Of a stretch of DNA of 64,000 nucleotides, positions 49,378 to 58,932 are shown piece by piece. Numbering within the stretch: the stretch's first letter is position 1; every line of letters begins with the position of its first letter. The stretch is from a virus: positions 45,820-109,819 of the IMG/VR virus record IMGVR_UViG_3300026484_000095, one strand, 5' to 3'. The translations under genes and the position numbers were made by a program. A model generated the notes under the pieces. The model was not told where the DNA came from. It did no database searches and worked only from the letters and a program-made list of their open reading frames with translations.

Positions 49378-50220
49378 ATGTCAAATTCATTCGATAGATT
49401 ACTTTCTAAAAGTAAAGGTCAGCAGGGAGCTTCTTTTGAAGCACAAACTAATGTTGAAAGACGAGGTCAAGATTTTCCTATATTTGCTAGTTACAATGAT
49501 AATTTAGCAATGAGCACTAAGGCTAGTGCAACAGAAGTTCAAGGTGAGATAACAGTACCAGAAGCTATGGTAAATTCAATCACTGCTCTTAGAAATCAGC
49601 CAAACATCATTAAGGCTATGTCTTTGGATATGGTGGGTAGTCTAAGCTCTTTAGCTAGTGTTTACGAAGCTACAAATAAGCATAAAATAGATGTAGAAAG
49701 TCTATATAATACAAATGATGATTATAAGCATTTTTTAAATGCAATCGCAAGTGGTTTTGTAGTCACGGCAGGTATTGAGAAGGTTATATCTAATCCTATC
49801 AAACTGTATTTTCTTACATCTTTTGATGGTAATGTAGATATGAGTATTAAAGCAGGTTATCTGTTTATGGGAGTTTACCCAACTATTACATCTTTTGATA
49901 GTAATTCAGTTAATAAGGTGCAATCTCTTGTAAGAACTGTAAATAATCTTGTTTCTACACAAGGTTCAGGATTAAACCTAATGAACTTTATCATTAAAAA
50001 GGGTTTAGAGGCTAATAAAAGCACGATAAAAAATACGGATTTAGTGAGTGATAAAGTTCTTGTTAGAAATATGGATACTAAACAGTTAGCAGAGCTTATC
50101 ATAGGTAAATTTTCAAATGTAAATGACGGTATAAAGTTCGCAAAAGAGAATGGTGTAAATGATGAGAAACTTCAAAAGGTTTCTATGTTGATAAAAGCAT
50201 TAAAGGACTTTAGCCATTAA
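49378..50220 (+). CDS. Hypothetical protein, possibly head-associated
   Basis: ORF upstream of the terminase genes. Confidence 0.55.
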   Translation: MSNSFDRLLSKSKGQQGASFEAQTNVERRGQDFPIFASYNDNLAMSTKASATEVQGEITVPEAMVNSITALRNQPNIIKAMSLDMVGSLSSLASVYEATNKHKIDVESLYNTNDDYKHFLNAIASGFVVTAGIEKVISNPIKLYFLTSFDGNVDMSIKAGYLFMGVYPTITSFDSNSVNKVQSLVRTVNNLVSTQGSGLNLMNFIIKKGLEANKSTIKNTDLVSDKVLVRNMDTKQLAELIIGKFSNVNDGIKFAKENGVNDEKLQKVSMLIKALKDFSH

Positions 50221-50239
50221 AAAATAAAAAGAGGGAATT

Positions 50240-51109
50240 ATGGTTAATAGTGCAGAAAGACCAAGAAAGAGAATCAAAAAAAGAGTAAGGGCAAAAACAA
50301 ATGAATCCTCTATTAATCCAACTCCTAAAAAGAAGAGGATTAAAAAGAGGATTAAAAAAGTAGCAGAGCCTAAACAACACGATATTATAGAAGATGAGAT
50401 AGATGATATTAACTCTCCCATTGAGTTGGATTTAGGTTCTAATATCCCTAATCTTGAAGACTTATCTAATTTTGGAGATGATAAAAGAACTGGTTTCAAT
50501 GTAGAGAATATGCTGAAAGAAGCCCAGAACACTATGGGTCATATCTTCGATAATCTTACAAATGATAACAAGACCTTTGGTTCAAAAATGGATAGTATTT
50601 TATCTTTACAAATGTTAGCATTGCTACCCACTATTCAGAATTTGGATGATACAATGTTTGATGAACGAAAAGCACAAGCCGCCGTTAAATTAAACGAGAC
50701 GATAAATCATTTAAAAAGTAGTTTAGTACAAAAGCAACAGTTTGAGATTAAAGAGGAAGTTGATTTACAACACCCTAAAATTCAGAAAGCACTTACATTC
50801 TTAACAGAGGCATTTTTCTATGTCCTTACAGAAGTTGGAGTAGACCCTAGTGTTAAATCTCTTATCATTAACTCATTAAGTTTAAAAATGATGGGGTTCG
50901 AGGAAGAGCTTAACAAGCGATTTAAAGGAGTCGCTTTTAGTTTATTAGAGCAAGTAGAAAATCCTCTACTTGAAAGCCTACCTAATGTAAAACAATTAGA
51001 AGCCTTACAAGAGCATAAAAACAAACAACTAGAAGAAGCTCAAAATAAGGGTGATGATTACGAAGAAGAGGGTAACAATGTAATAGATATTATCCCTGAA
51101 AGGTCTTAA
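50240..51109 (+). CDS. Putative terminase small subunit
   Basis: Helical protein upstream of TerL, separated only by an endonuclease gene; positional inference. Confidence 0.4.
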   Translation: MVNSAERPRKRIKKRVRAKTNESSINPTPKKKRIKKRIKKVAEPKQHDIIEDEIDDINSPIELDLGSNIPNLEDLSNFGDDKRTGFNVENMLKEAQNTMGHIFDNLTNDNKTFGSKMDSILSLQMLALLPTIQNLDDTMFDERKAQAAVKLNETINHLKSSLVQKQQFEIKEEVDLQHPKIQKALTFLTEAFFYVLTEVGVDPSVKSLIINSLSLKMMGFEEELNKRFKGVAFSLLEQVENPLLESLPNVKQLEALQEHKNKQLEEAQNKGDDYEEEGNNVIDIIPERS

Positions 51110-52660
51110 ATGAAGAAAGAAGCTTTTGTAGAACGAGCCAATAAAATTCATAATGGATTATATAAATATGACAATTTACCTCAAATTGTAAAAGTAAAAA
51201 ATAAATATGATATATTATGTCATTCTTGTAATTCCTTATTTAATCAACAACTACAGTCCCACTTGGCTGGTAGAGGCTGCCCTAATTGTAGAGGGGGGAT
51301 AAAACTACCCTTACAATTCTATATAGATAAATGCAGGGAAAATAATAAAGACTATTCCAAAATTGCTTTTAAAGATAATGGTATTGAAGCTAAGTGTAAT
51401 AAATGTGGCAACTTGATATTCAAGAAAAATAAAAATCATATCTATACTAAGGGTTGTAAATTTTGTGCCAATATGAAAATGAAGCAATTTAAAACCAAGA
51501 CCTTAGAGGACCTATCAATACCAAAAGGAACTAAGTTACTAGATTATAAAGGTCATTCACAAAAAGCTGTCCTTTATTGTATAAAGCATAAATGCACCTA
51601 TGAGCAACTTCCTAGTTATATAGGTAAGAAACAAGGCTGTAAATATTGTAATTCCAAACTAAAAGATTTAGATTATTTTGAAAGTAGAGTTGATTTAGAT
51701 TTATGGGATACAACTGATTCAGTTTATAAAGGTGCTAAGTCTTACATAACTGTTAAATGTAAAAAGTGTAATCATATTCAGATTAAAGAAGCTGGTAGTT
51801 TAATGCAAAGAACTGCAGGGTGTTCTAAATGCTCTAACTCATTCAATTCTTCTAAAGAGCAGAAAGAGTTATCAGATTGGTTATCTTCTTATACAGATGT
51901 ACAATTAAGCTACAGACCTAAATGGATGAAAGGTAAGGAGCTAGATATTTACCTCCCTAAGTTTAATTTTGCTATAGAGTACAACGGAGTATACTGGCAT
52001 AGCTCTCATTTTAAGAGCAGAAATTATCATAAAAGAAAAACTGATTTATGCAATGCAAATAATGTAAATCTATTTCATATTTGGAGTGACCTTTGGTTCA
52101 AAAAGAAAAGTCTTATAAAATCTATGCTATTGAATAAATTGGGTATTACTCCTTTTGTAATAGGTGCTAGAAAGTGTAATATAAGGAAAGTAACTATGCA
52201 GGATTCATTTGATTTCTTAAACTTAAATCATCTCCAAGGTGGTAATAAAGGTAGCATAATCAGTTATGGTTTATTTTATGATAATGAACTATTATCTATA
52301 ATGACCTTTAGACATAGAAAGGATTGGGAGCTAGTTAAGTTTGCTACCAAGACCTATACATTAGTTCAAGGTGGTTTTTCCAAATTGTTAAAGTATTTCA
52401 TAAAAGAACATTCTTGCAAAACCTTATACTCCTTTATAGATAGGTCTTGGTCTTTAGGTAATGTTTATTATAGAAATGGTTTCAAGACTATAAAAACCAT
52501 ACGACCTGATTATGTTTATATTAGTCCTAATAAAATAAATAGATTTCATAAGTCTATTTTAAGACAGGAAGAAAAGAATAGACAACTAAATTCTTATTTA
52601 AAAATCTATAATTCAGGTTTAATAAAAGTTATATGGAGGGACTCCTATGGCTTTAGTTGA
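51110..52660 (+). CDS. Hef-like homing endonuclease
   Basis: Multiple CxxC repeats; ELDIYLP..AIEYNGVYWHS, NHLQG, GGFSKLL. Confidence 0.8.
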   Translation: MKKEAFVERANKIHNGLYKYDNLPQIVKVKNKYDILCHSCNSLFNQQLQSHLAGRGCPNCRGGIKLPLQFYIDKCRENNKDYSKIAFKDNGIEAKCNKCGNLIFKKNKNHIYTKGCKFCANMKMKQFKTKTLEDLSIPKGTKLLDYKGHSQKAVLYCIKHKCTYEQLPSYIGKKQGCKYCNSKLKDLDYFESRVDLDLWDTTDSVYKGAKSYITVKCKKCNHIQIKEAGSLMQRTAGCSKCSNSFNSSKEQKELSDWLSSYTDVQLSYRPKWMKGKELDIYLPKFNFAIEYNGVYWHSSHFKSRNYHKRKTDLCNANNVNLFHIWSDLWFKKKSLIKSMLLNKLGITPFVIGARKCNIRKVTMQDSFDFLNLNHLQGGNKGSIISYGLFYDNELLSIMTFRHRKDWELVKFATKTYTLVQGGFSKLLKYFIKEHSCKTLYSFIDRSWSLGNVYYRNGFKTIKTIRPDYVYISPNKINRFHKSILRQEEKNRQLNSYLKIYNSGLIKVIWRDSYGFS

Positions 52661-54485
52661 TTATTTAAGACAATTAACGAAACAAATCGAAAGTGAAGCT
52701 CGTTTCAAACCACTAACAATCTTGGAATTTGCTACAAGTTCTAGTGGTTTAAATCTTAAACTGTTCCCTGCACAGATATTCATCTTCAAGGTATTCTACG
52801 GTATCCCATTGTCTAATAGTAAAGCAGAAAATAAGATAACTATCAAAGATAATTTCAATGAGCATATATTGTATGAGTTCAGCGAGGTAGAATTTTTTGA
52901 ATTTCTTTACCAAGAGGGTAGAATTAATTTATCTCCAACTGAATGGCAAGAGATGGTGGAGCTTGAAGAGACCATAGATGAGATAGTCTTTATTATAGGT
53001 CGTAGGGGTTCTAAAACAACAATGACTTCAATCATTTCAGCTTATACAGTATATCTATTGTTATTGATGGAAGACCCTCATAGTTTCTTTGGTGTAGCTC
53101 ATTCAGAGCCTATAGGTATCGCTTTATGTTCTAATAGTTCAGAGGGTGCAGAAAGACAGCTTAGAAATCTTATCCAATTAATGCACCCATCTAAATTCTT
53201 CATTCCTTATGTTTATGGGACTAAAGGTGGTAAGTATTGGCTAAGAACACCTATGTTTAAAGAGAGAGAAGAGATAGGTGCAACTACATCGCCGGGTGAT
53301 ATTTTGATAGAAGCTTACGCCGCTAGTCCATCTGTTAGAGGTGCAAGTAATATCGTTGTGGTAATGGACGAGTATGGACACTTCAATGATGCAGATGTAA
53401 GTAATAAAAAGAAACCCTTAGATATTAAATTATATGAAGCATTAACTCCATCAGTTGCAGGTTTCTCAGATGAAGACGGAAAGGCTTATGGTAAATCGTT
53501 TGTTATGAGTTCACCTAATGGTAAAAAAGGTGAACTGTATAAAATGTATAAAGATGGTAGATTAAACAAAGATACATATCTAGTATTGAATATGCCATCG
53601 CACTGGGTTAATAACAGTATCGCTTCAAAAAGGCTTAGAAATGCTTACAATAAATCGGAGCTATCTTATAGACAAGAGTACTTAGGGGAGTTCGTTGATA
53701 ATATCAATGGTTGGATAAGTAACCCTAATAAAGTTCGTGCTATGGTTAATAAGCTATGGACTAATAATATAGATAATGGTGTAAGAGCTAAGAAGTATTA
53801 TTTAGGAATTGACTTGGCAATGAGTGGAGATGGGTTCGCTTTATGTATCGCTCATAAAGAGTTAAAAAGACCAATGGGTGAATATGAAGAACCTGAGTTC
53901 GAGCTTTCTTTACATCAAGGCGAGTGTTATGTAATTGATTATATGGAATGTCATACACCTGAATTAGGAGAGGTATTAGAACACGAGTTCATAATCGATA
54001 GAATTAAATATATGTATTCTAAATTTAGTATAGTTAAAGGTGTATATGACCAATGGGCAGGTCAGGTATTTACCCAATTATTCGCTAAGGCGAAAATTCC
54101 TAGATTGGAGATGAAACCTTCTACACAAGCTGTTAATAGTGAGACTGCTAAACAGTTTAGACAGCTTTTAATGGAGGGTAAAATAATGGCACCTGATTAT
54201 GAGCCTTTAGTTACAGAGCTTTTAAATTTACAAGAAACAACTGGTAGAAATGGTTATGTAAAAGTAGAAGCATTATCAGGGGGACACGATGACTTGTTTG
54301 ATGCTGTTAGCAGAGCTGTATACCTATCTTTTGAGTATGGTGATATTAACCCTTATACAGTTGGTATAGAGAATGGTAAAAAACCCAAATTATCTGGGAA
54401 ATCTAAGGAAGAGTTACTCAAGATGAAGAAGTTGTTATTAAAAAGAAACAAAGAAACAGTTTATGGTGGAGCAATAACTAGATAA
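52647..54485 (+). CDS. terL: Terminase large subunit
   Basis: GRRGSKT, VVVMDEYGH, SSPNG, QEYLGEF, LGIDLA, HDDLFDA. Confidence 0.92.
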   Translation: MALVDYLRQLTKQIESEARFKPLTILEFATSSSGLNLKLFPAQIFIFKVFYGIPLSNSKAENKITIKDNFNEHILYEFSEVEFFEFLYQEGRINLSPTEWQEMVELEETIDEIVFIIGRRGSKTTMTSIISAYTVYLLLLMEDPHSFFGVAHSEPIGIALCSNSSEGAERQLRNLIQLMHPSKFFIPYVYGTKGGKYWLRTPMFKEREEIGATTSPGDILIEAYAASPSVRGASNIVVVMDEYGHFNDADVSNKKKPLDIKLYEALTPSVAGFSDEDGKAYGKSFVMSSPNGKKGELYKMYKDGRLNKDTYLVLNMPSHWVNNSIASKRLRNAYNKSELSYRQEYLGEFVDNINGWISNPNKVRAMVNKLWTNNIDNGVRAKKYYLGIDLAMSGDGFALCIAHKELKRPMGEYEEPEFELSLHQGECYVIDYMECHTPELGEVLEHEFIIDRIKYMYSKFSIVKGVYDQWAGQVFTQLFAKAKIPRLEMKPSTQAVNSETAKQFRQLLMEGKIMAPDYEPLVTELLNLQETTGRNGYVKVEALSGGHDDLFDAVSRAVYLSFEYGDINPYTVGIENGKKPKLSGKSKEELLKMKKLLLKRNKETVYGGAITR

Positions 54486-54498
54486 GGAGCAAGTAATA

Positions 54499-56496
54499 AT
54501 GATAAGAGTAAAAAAGAATAATGTAGCCAATTCAACTATGGCTATCAACAAGATGAGAGCAACAGCAGGTGACCAAAATGCACAAAGATTTCTTAATGTA
54601 GTGGGTAGCACTTCTTCTTTAAGAACACAAGCATTTGGTAAATCAACTATTGCTCATTCATTTTCAAGTTTAAAAAATTCAATAGATGATATGACTGTTA
54701 CAGATGATTATATGTATGTAAGAGCAGAACTATTGATTGAGTTGTTAGCTAATGGTAGCTTAATAATTAGTAGGCTAACTTTGGAACAGAAGATAATCCT
54801 ATTCTCATATTTTTATAAATACGATAAAAAGATGGGTAGAATTATTGACCTATTCGTTGAGCTACCTTTATCTTCTATGCGATTACAAAAACCTGCAAAT
54901 GCTACAAATGATATATTACAAGATTATATTTTTGACTTCTTTAAAAGAATGTGGGATAGTAAAGATTTTAAGAATAAACTAAAAGGGTTATTCTTAAATA
55001 CTAAGTTATTCGGTGTCGGTGCTATTCTAATATCAGATGATTATAATTTAGATAGCGATACTATCTTAGATTTTAACAATCTTGATTCCATAGTTCAAGA
55101 CGAAGTAGAGGAAGAAGAGTGGGAGTTCATAAAAGAAACTACATCTTTGTATAATGATAAACCTAATGAAGTTCCTTATAAAGATAAAAGCAAGGTTATA
55201 TCTAAACTTATAAAATCTATTAACAAAGATTACAAGGGTGTAAAATTTACTAAAATAATAGACCCGTTTATCGTAGCTAAAAGATTGTCAAATTTAGATA
55301 TTGATTATCACTCATATTCTTTAAAACCTAATGCTAATATATCAAAATTTCTAACTTCCCCTATGGCTAAGGGTAAAAACACAGATGAAATAGTAACTAT
55401 GTTGGCTAATCTAGGGTATTCAAAAAGTTATGTAAAATTGTTTGTTGATAGTAAAATCTCTAATGTAACTATTGATAGTAATCCTTTTTATAACAACGGT
55501 TGTTACATTATAGCTATGGAGGGTTCAGGTTTAAGTATAAACGATAAATCATCTTTTAATAGGGTTCTACAATCTGCTATTGATTTGAAAGTGATTAGAG
55601 ATAGAGAACGATTTAAAGCACAACAAGCCTATAAGGTTAATAGAATAGTATCTGTTGCAGATGGTTCTATCGGAACTGAGGAGATGGATAGTTTAGAAGC
55701 TAAAATTATATCATCTGTTAGTAACCCAGAGGGTACTCTTTTAGTAACAAATTATGATGTTCAATGGCAAGAGTTCTCAATGGACGCAAGGGAACAAGTT
55801 GAGTTAAGTGGTTATGAAGAGAAAGCAGAGAGAGATATTTACTCTTCATTCGGTATGCCTGATGCTCTTATTGGTGGGGATGACAGTTATGCAAATTCCT
55901 TTATGAAAATGGAGATGATGACTAATGAGTTCCAATCAACAAGGATGCAACTTAAACAGTTCGTAGAAGATAAATTGTTTAAACCTATTGCTATTAAAAA
56001 AGGGTTCGTTATTACAGATGACTGGGGTAACCCGAGTGTAGTATTCCCTAGTTTGAAATTCGATAGAATAACTATTGCTAGAGGCACAGAAGATTTTAGT
56101 CTATTACAAGATTTAGCTATGAGTAATAAGATACCTTGGAAAACATTGATTGAAGCATTGAATTTTGATTTTGAGGAAGTTCAATCTGAACTTAAAAGAG
56201 AAAAACTATCTATGGTTAATGATAATATGGGTGCAGTTATTGATAATGCACTAGGGGAAATGTCAGATAAGCTATTGGAGAGTGAAGACTTTACTAAGAA
56301 AGTGGCAGATGTATTAGGAATTAAAGAAGTGGAGGAGATAGCAGATGAGCCTAAAGATGAGGGAGAAGAAGAGACCCCTAACGAGAATAATGAAGAAACA
56401 TCAAGCAATGAAGACGAAGTTGAAGCTGAGAATGAAAATGAGTCAAATCCAATCCAAACTAAAGAGTCTGTTGAAGTAGAGGAGGAAGAGAACTAA
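54499..56496 (+). CDS. Portal protein
   Basis: 665 aa directly after TerL; FGMPDALIGG..SYA; acidic tail. Confidence 0.75.
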   Translation: MIRVKKNNVANSTMAINKMRATAGDQNAQRFLNVVGSTSSLRTQAFGKSTIAHSFSSLKNSIDDMTVTDDYMYVRAELLIELLANGSLIISRLTLEQKIILFSYFYKYDKKMGRIIDLFVELPLSSMRLQKPANATNDILQDYIFDFFKRMWDSKDFKNKLKGLFLNTKLFGVGAILISDDYNLDSDTILDFNNLDSIVQDEVEEEEWEFIKETTSLYNDKPNEVPYKDKSKVISKLIKSINKDYKGVKFTKIIDPFIVAKRLSNLDIDYHSYSLKPNANISKFLTSPMAKGKNTDEIVTMLANLGYSKSYVKLFVDSKISNVTIDSNPFYNNGCYIIAMEGSGLSINDKSSFNRVLQSAIDLKVIRDRERFKAQQAYKVNRIVSVADGSIGTEEMDSLEAKIISSVSNPEGTLLVTNYDVQWQEFSMDAREQVELSGYEEKAERDIYSSFGMPDALIGGDDSYANSFMKMEMMTNEFQSTRMQLKQFVEDKLFKPIAIKKGFVITDDWGNPSVVFPSLKFDRITIARGTEDFSLLQDLAMSNKIPWKTLIEALNFDFEEVQSELKREKLSMVNDNMGAVIDNALGEMSDKLLESEDFTKKVADVLGIKEVEEIADEPKDEGEEETPNENNEETSSNEDEVEAENENESNPIQTKESVEVEEEEN

Positions 56497-56538
56497 GTTT
56501 AGTTCTTTTAAGTAAAAATTTTAAATAAGGAATTAAGA

Positions 56539-57192
56539 ATGAGAATCATAGCTGAAATAACTAAGGATTTTTTAAACAGAAATCTAAATCTCCCTGAGGA
56601 AGAGATATATAAAACCCCCGCTGTAAATGGTGGTAAAAAATTCCTAACTGTAATCCGTAGGGGGGATAGTCCTGCAAATTATTATTACTTTTCACAAAGA
56701 CTAGGCATAAATAGTATACGGTTTATTTTATATGATAAAAGCAGACCTAAACCTTTTTGTTTGTTAGAGCAGTTAGAAGCTAGTCATAATAAACTAAAGA
56801 TAGGTGCTTATAGTGGGAGCTTAGATAAGAAAGGTTATACACCTTTACAGGTATGTAGAGAAGAGGTAAACGAAGAAAGTATGTTCAACATTGAAGAAGA
56901 TGATATTGGTCGTATTACCTTAGTATCCGTTCGTAGTGTAGGCTCACAATCCAACGAAAATGCTTATCTCTATTTAGTAGATGTAGAGGGGTTACCTGAA
57001 GTAGGAACTAATCCTGAAAATGAGTGGGAAGAGAATACAAACCACCATTGGCTAAGTCTTGAAGAGGTTAAAACAAAAGGTGACTGGGCTTCTTACATTA
57101 TAGCTGATAGTGTAAGAGTTCTAAATACAGATAAAACACAAAACGGTCAGATTATTGCAAGTGAGGGTTTAAATAGTAGGAGGAGAAGCTAA
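56539..57192 (+). CDS. Nudix hydrolase with MRIIA leader
   Basis: Nudix-box-like GSLDKKGYTPLQVCREEVNEES. Confidence 0.75.
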   Translation: MRIIAEITKDFLNRNLNLPEEEIYKTPAVNGGKKFLTVIRRGDSPANYYYFSQRLGINSIRFILYDKSRPKPFCLLEQLEASHNKLKIGAYSGSLDKKGYTPLQVCREEVNEESMFNIEEDDIGRITLVSVRSVGSQSNENAYLYLVDVEGLPEVGTNPENEWEENTNHHWLSLEEVKTKGDWASYIIADSVRVLNTDKTQNGQIIASEGLNSRRRS

Positions 57193-57752
57193 TGAGAATA
57201 ATTGCAAGTAACAATAAGTTAACTGTATATCACGGAGATGATTTCAACACATCTAAGATAGATTATAGATATATGAACAATGGGAACAACGAGCTAGGCA
57301 TTGGTATATATTTTGGCAATCTACAAACTGCACAAGCTTATGGGAAAGATATAGTATCTACAGAAATTGACCCTAAGAAATTTGTAGAAGCTAGGGGTTA
57401 TGCCTCAGACTATATTAAGACTTCTGTTTTAGCTAAGTTCTTGAAAGAGTTACATAAGTTGGATAATGAACCGTTATATTATTATATAACAGATTTTGGG
57501 GTAGAGGCTAATGAACCTGAGGATATTGAAGATTATATGTTAGAAGAACTAGCAGAGAATATAATCGACGAAGAGATTAGAAATCTGCAAATAGATTTAG
57601 CACAAAAGTTTGACCATCATCTAAAAGAGTTCGTTCATCTTTGGAACAAGATTATCAAAATAGATGGGACTAAGATGGATAGAGGTGGTGTAATAGGACA
57701 CTGGTTCTGTATCATAAATCCCAAATATAAATTAACTAAGGTAAAGGTTTAA
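57192..57752 (+). CDS. ADP-ribosyltransferase-like protein (H-Y clade) with MRIIA leader
   Basis: LTVYHG...LGIGIYF...AQAYG; C-terminal IDG...CIINP. Confidence 0.6.
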   Translation: MRIIASNNKLTVYHGDDFNTSKIDYRYMNNGNNELGIGIYFGNLQTAQAYGKDIVSTEIDPKKFVEARGYASDYIKTSVLAKFLKELHKLDNEPLYYYITDFGVEANEPEDIEDYMLEELAENIIDEEIRNLQIDLAQKFDHHLKEFVHLWNKIIKIDGTKMDRGGVIGHWFCIINPKYKLTKVKV

Positions 57753-57754
57753 TT

Positions 57755-58150
57755 ATGAAAATTATCGCAATGGCAGTAAAAGCTGAATATAATCCTGATA
57801 GAAAAAGCTACATAAGGTATCATAGAACCAAGGGTCTATTTAATAAGAGAGCAATGAAACTTATTAAAAGAAATAGGAAAAATCATAAAAGAACTCCTCT
57901 ACAAAAGTTATGTAACGGTAAATTAGATGATAGCTGTATAATGAGAGCTATGAAATCAAACAACCCACATCTAAGAAAGTCTGCTAATTTTGTTCAAACT
58001 ATGAGAAAAATTGCAGGTCGTAGAGTTGGCAAGAAAGATAAATACAATATGTCAAAACGAAAAAAGAAAGACAAAATGTATAATCTACAACATAGACAAG
58101 ATTTAAGAAGAGTTGAGAGATGGAGAAAACTTGGAGGTAGAAAGAGATGA
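57755..58150 (+). CDS. Highly basic protein with MKIIA leader
   Basis: K/R-rich 131 aa. Confidence 0.65.
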   Translation: MKIIAMAVKAEYNPDRKSYIRYHRTKGLFNKRAMKLIKRNRKNHKRTPLQKLCNGKLDDSCIMRAMKSNNPHLRKSANFVQTMRKIAGRRVGKKDKYNMSKRKKKDKMYNLQHRQDLRRVERWRKLGGRKR

Positions 58151-58554
58151 GGATTATAGCAAATATCAAAGAAGATATAAACCCTAGATTGTTTTCTAAG
58201 GCTTTAACAGATGGTCAAAAAGAGGACAAGGGTGTTATTGGTATAGATTTTGACGGTGTTATTCATAGATATTCTAAGGGTTGGCAAGATGGCTCTATCT
58301 ATGATAAACCCATCGAGGGAACAGATAAAGCTCTAACAGAACTGCTTGATAAAGGTTATAAGCTTTTTATCTTTACAGCTAGACCTCTAAAAGGTATTAG
58401 AGAGTGGTTAAAATCTAATTTTGAAGATGAGAGAATACATAACATAAACCTAACAAATAAAAAGCTCCCTGCTCAATTATATATAGACGATAGAGGTTAT
58501 CGTTTCAAAGGTTGGGGTGGTGCAATGAACTTTGTAGAAAAAGGTTTAGTATGA
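58147..58554 (+). CDS. HAD-superfamily phosphatase/nucleotidase with MRIIA leader
   Basis: IGIDFDGVI, IFTAR, KLPA..YIDDR. Confidence 0.85.
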   Translation: MRIIANIKEDINPRLFSKALTDGQKEDKGVIGIDFDGVIHRYSKGWQDGSIYDKPIEGTDKALTELLDKGYKLFIFTARPLKGIREWLKSNFEDERIHNINLTNKKLPAQLYIDDRGYRFKGWGGAMNFVEKGLV

Positions 58555-58895
58555 AAATTATAGCTATTAGAGTAAGTCCTATTATAAACATCACAAAAGA
58601 TATAATAGGGCGACGCAAATCTCAAAAAGAGGTAATAGAAGAGATAGAAGCTCTGTCTAAGAGATACCCTCGTAATAGCTTATTTAAAGGGCTTAGAAGA
58701 GAATACGGAGAAAGAGAGGTAAGGGATTTTGAGGAAGTATTGAAAAAAGTGAAAAAGCAATATGAACGAAATCTATTTATGAAGTCTATCTATTCTCAAA
58801 TTAAAGAAAACACTCCTTTGGGTATCTACCAAAGAAATCAATTAGGTAATAACTCTCCCATCTTTTCTATATATGCTGAAAAGAAAAACAGTTAA
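58551..58895 (+). CDS. Hypothetical protein with MKIIA leader
   Basis: Start placed at the ATGA overlap at 58551 rather than the TTG at 58512. Confidence 0.65.
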   Translation: MKIIAIRVSPIINITKDIIGRRKSQKEVIEEIEALSKRYPRNSLFKGLRREYGEREVRDFEEVLKKVKKQYERNLFMKSIYSQIKENTPLGIYQRNQLGNNSPIFSIYAEKKNS

Positions 58896-58932
58896 GTTTT
58901 GACTTAATTGTTTAAAAATAGGAGAAATAAAA

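Noticed and set aside
51110-52660. Group I intron carrying the Hef endonuclease
   Set aside because: The ORF abuts or overlaps its neighbours with no room for intron core structure, and TerL appears complete. The same lack of flanking space applies to 60079-61326.
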